A stretch of DNA of 63,861 nucleotides, the filler included, from Lama guanicoe (Eukaryota): assembly GCA_013239625.1 (NCBI GenBank). It is 155 parts of 155 records of this genome, joined end to end, with 100 filler letters (N's around TTAATTAATTAA, not from the genome) between each part and the next. Parts side by side here need not be neighbours in the genome. Positions count along the whole stretch, not along the records: positions 61,064 to 61,377 come from PNXV01055467.1; positions 61,478 to 61,791 come from PNXV01055468.1; positions 61,892 to 62,205 come from PNXV01055469.1; positions 62,306 to 62,619 come from PNXV01055470.1; positions 62,720 to 63,033 come from PNXV01055471.1; positions 63,134 to 63,447 come from PNXV01055472.1; positions 63,548 to 63,861 come from PNXV01055473.1; 148 more parts are not named here. One strand, 5' to 3'. The notes beneath the pieces are model-generated. The model was not told the DNA's origin. It saw only the letters and a list, made by a program, of their open reading frames with translations, and ran no database searches. The stretch's first letter is position 1. Each line of letters begins with the position of its first letter. Below, in pieces: positions 61,230 through 63,861 of this stretch. Position numbers and translations under genes: made by a program.

Positions 61230-61377
61230 TGTTACAGGAAAAAATGGCCTCTGCACACCAAAAGGTGAATTCAAACTCTGAAACAGAGTTTGAGAACCAA
61301 AAGAGTGACTTTATATTGCTTTGCCGGGCAAAGGGGAGTCACAAGAGGTTAATACTTTAGTAACTATGAATCCACCT
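61230..61377. mobile_element. ERV1-type LTR terminus
   Basis: TGTTAC start after unrelated flank; ctttatattgctttgccgggcaaaggggagtcaca motif. Confidence 0.6.
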
Positions 61378-61477
61378 NNNNNNNNNNNNNNNNNNNNNNN
61401 NNNNNNNNNNNNNNNNNNNNNTTAATTAATTAANNNNNNNNNNNNNNNNNNNNNNNNNNNNNNNNNNNNNNNNNNNN

Positions 61478-61791
61478 AAAAAATGACAGCTACCTACAGA
61501 GCAACTGTATACGAGAATGACTTGAAGACTAGCAGAAAAGATTTTCCACAACTAAAGAAATAAAGGAGAAAGCACAAGAAATGTAAGAGGGGCACAAACA
61601 CAGTATAGTCATCACTGACAAGCCTGGGTTGGTGACCTATTAAACTGGAAGGATCTTCCCCAAAGATGGTACTGAGCATCACATGGACTTCCCAGCCCAG
61701 GGGTTCTGCACTGGGAAGATGATCCCCCAGAACATCTGGCTTTAAAAATCAGAAGGACTTATGGTTGGGAGAGCAAGAGAGCTGTAGGAAA
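61478..61791 (+). mobile_element. L1 5' UTR fragment (artiodactyl-type)
   Basis: gagaatgacttgaagactagcagaaaagattttccacaactaaag...cccagcccaggggttctgcactgggaagatgatcccccagaacatctggcttt. Confidence 0.65.
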
Positions 61792-63149
61792 NNNNNNNNN
61801 NNNNNNNNNNNNNNNNNNNNNNNNNNNNNNNNNNNTTAATTAATTAANNNNNNNNNNNNNNNNNNNNNNNNNNNNNNNNNNNNNNNNNNNNCTCTGGACA
61901 CAGAGCTCAAAGGCCTCAGTGCAGACGGGCTGGGCCCTCCATCCTCCACATGGAGGCACAGGCCCTGGGACAGCTCAGGCAGGTTTCCTCCAGACTGCAC
62001 CCTCCCCACCCACCAGCACCAGCCCTGGCATGGGTGTCGGGCCGTCTCGCAGCCTCCTGGCTCACCATTCACCAAAGGTCGCTGGGCTAGGGCTCTGGGG
62101 GTCAAGCTCCACACGTGTGTCTGGAAGCAGCCCTCTCCAGGGCCGCCTGGGGGCCGGGGTGGCCCCGAGGTGCTGCAGTGGCCGCCCTCCCCAACAGCCG
62201 AAGCTNNNNNNNNNNNNNNNNNNNNNNNNNNNNNNNNNNNNNNNNNNNNTTAATTAATTAANNNNNNNNNNNNNNNNNNNNNNNNNNNNNNNNNNNNNNN
62301 NNNNNCACAGTCATTGTGCTAAAACATCTGGATGCCTTTATGCTAGTACGGGAGCTCACGCGCAGTAAAACGGGGAAAAAACTAAAATTAGGCCCAACTC
62401 CAAATGACTCCTGAAGAAATCAATCCAGCGATGCTAACTTATGCTTCCTGAAACGCCAATAGTACCATCTCCAAACCCATTTAAAAACGTCAAGATTGAG
62501 ACATTCCACACCAACACTGGTGCCGCCTTCACGCTTTATAGAAAGCCTGCGCAGGAGAGAATCCCCGGCACCACGAAGATGCTGAACCGAAGCCGTTTGC
62601 GGAAAACGCAGGCGAGAGANNNNNNNNNNNNNNNNNNNNNNNNNNNNNNNNNNNNNNNNNNNNTTAATTAATTAANNNNNNNNNNNNNNNNNNNNNNNNN
62701 NNNNNNNNNNNNNNNNNNNAAGCAATCAAGTTTCATTTTTCATCGCCACCTCCCTCCACCCTTTCCACACAATTCATGCTGTTAAGGAAATAGCCTTGTT
62801 AGTAAAGTGACTCATCTATTTTTTTGTAGCTGAGCAGCTGGAAAGGCATTGTGAAGGAATCTTTTCAGATGGTCAATTTAAGTTAAAATCTCATTAGAAA
62901 TATGGCAATGCCTTGGGGTCATAGGTATTTTCTGAGGTCTAATGTGTCATCCAGAGACAGAAAAATTAGTTTCTACTCAAAGGGGTGCCAAAGAAGACAT
63001 TAAACTCCAAGCTCCACAATCTGAAATTGGTCCNNNNNNNNNNNNNNNNNNNNNNNNNNNNNNNNNNNNNNNNNNNNTTAATTAATTAANNNNNNNNNNN
63101 NNNNNNNNNNNNNNNNNNNNNNNNNNNNNNNNNTATATATATATATAAT

Positions 63150-63447
63150 CTGCACATATCAAGGTTCACTCTGTTCTCTTAAGTTCTGTGGGTTTTGAGA
63201 AAGACAAGTCCTGTTTCCAGTGCTGCAGTAACTATACAGAATGTTTTCACTACCTTAAAAGTCCTCTATGCATCACCAGTTCATCTCTCCTTCAAACCCC
63301 CAAACACCTGGAAACCCAAATCATTTCAGTGTCTTTAAAGCTTTGTCTTTTCCAGAATGTCAAATAATTGGAATTATAGAATTTGTACCCTTTTTCTACT
63401 GGCTTCTTTCACTTAGCAGTATACACTTATGTTTCCTTCATGTCTTT
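63150..63447 (-). mobile_element. Old L1 (L1MC-like) 3' end, antisense
   Basis: aggttcactct...acagaatgttttcactaccttaaaa...tgtcttttccagaatgtca...ctggcttctttcacttagca. Confidence 0.85.
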
Positions 63448-63861
63448 NNNNNNNNNNNNNNNNNNNNNNNNNNNNNNNNNNNNNNNNNNNNTTAATTAAT
63501 TAANNNNNNNNNNNNNNNNNNNNNNNNNNNNNNNNNNNNNNNNNNNNAATCATAAAGGCCTATTTCTTTTCCATGGTATTTGAAAAGAAGAACAGACTTC
63601 AGCGAACAGTCTTACAAGAGAAGGTGTGAGCTGAACTCGACATTCTATGATAGAAACAGATGACAAGACAAAATGTAAAAATTGTATTCCTGAGTTAAAC
63701 TGTCTAAGAAAAAAACCCACGGGAAGAAAATGTACTGATGTCAGTTGGGTTGATTTTCAGTAATATTACAACACTTTTTAAAAATTAAAAAAGTATTAAA
63801 ATGAAATCTTTCTAGACCAGCTGGTATCTCCTAACCTGACAGACTTTTATATAATTAGATG

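Larger units (their letters stand above)
312..63547. other. Array of 154 artificial 100-bp scaffolding linkers (N44-TTAATTAATTAA-N44) separating 155 unplaced contigs of 310-314 bp
   Basis: First linker: N 312-355, TTAATTAATTAA 356-367, N 368-411. It recurs every 412 bp up to ~25.9 kb, every 413 bp up to ~55.6 kb, and every 414 bp after that. The core is palindromic with TAA in all six frames. Confidence 0.99.

Noticed and set aside
1296..63495. Most entries in the ORF track
   Set aside because: They are short, often start at TTG/GTG, run through Ns to the linker stop, or are antisense to L1 or low-complexity DNA. Only the TDRD9, L1 and ERV frames show recognisable homology.
312..63547. CRISPR-like array or regularly interspaced palindromic repeat system
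   Set aside because: The repeat is a 12-bp synthetic stop linker padded by Ns. The inserts are size-sorted mammalian fragments and there are no cas genes.

Overview
This window is not contiguous genome. It is an artificial concatenation of 155 unplaced mini-contigs (310-314 bp, sorted by increasing length: about 312, then 313, then 314), joined by 154 identical 100-bp linkers N44-TTAATTAATTAA-N44. The linker core is palindromic and gives stop codons in all six frames. Neighbouring fragments are therefore not genomic neighbours, and ORF-track entries ending in XXXX-N or XXXX-LIN simply run into a linker. The fragments are placental-mammal DNA (L1, MIR, L2, MER5, Tigger, MaLR and ERV relics). 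A tRNA-derived SINE head resembling camelid vic-1 and artiodactyl-type L1 3' ends point to a camelid (inference). The only gene I recognise with confidence is TDRD9: its CpG-island promoter and first coding exon (26778-27090). Other notable fragments: a 249-bp satellite in two contigs, a tailless U6 retrocopy with target-site duplications, a class I ERV pol relic, an LTR end carrying a tRNA-Met-like primer-binding site, two L1s with the ORF2 start fused to the ORF2 end, an L1 twin-priming junction, a 4.5%-diverged duplicate pair, and degenerate telomeric repeats next to a 27-bp repeat. I found no coherent multi-gene novel system, and this layout could not show one. Repeat family names come from recall of consensus motifs, not from a search.
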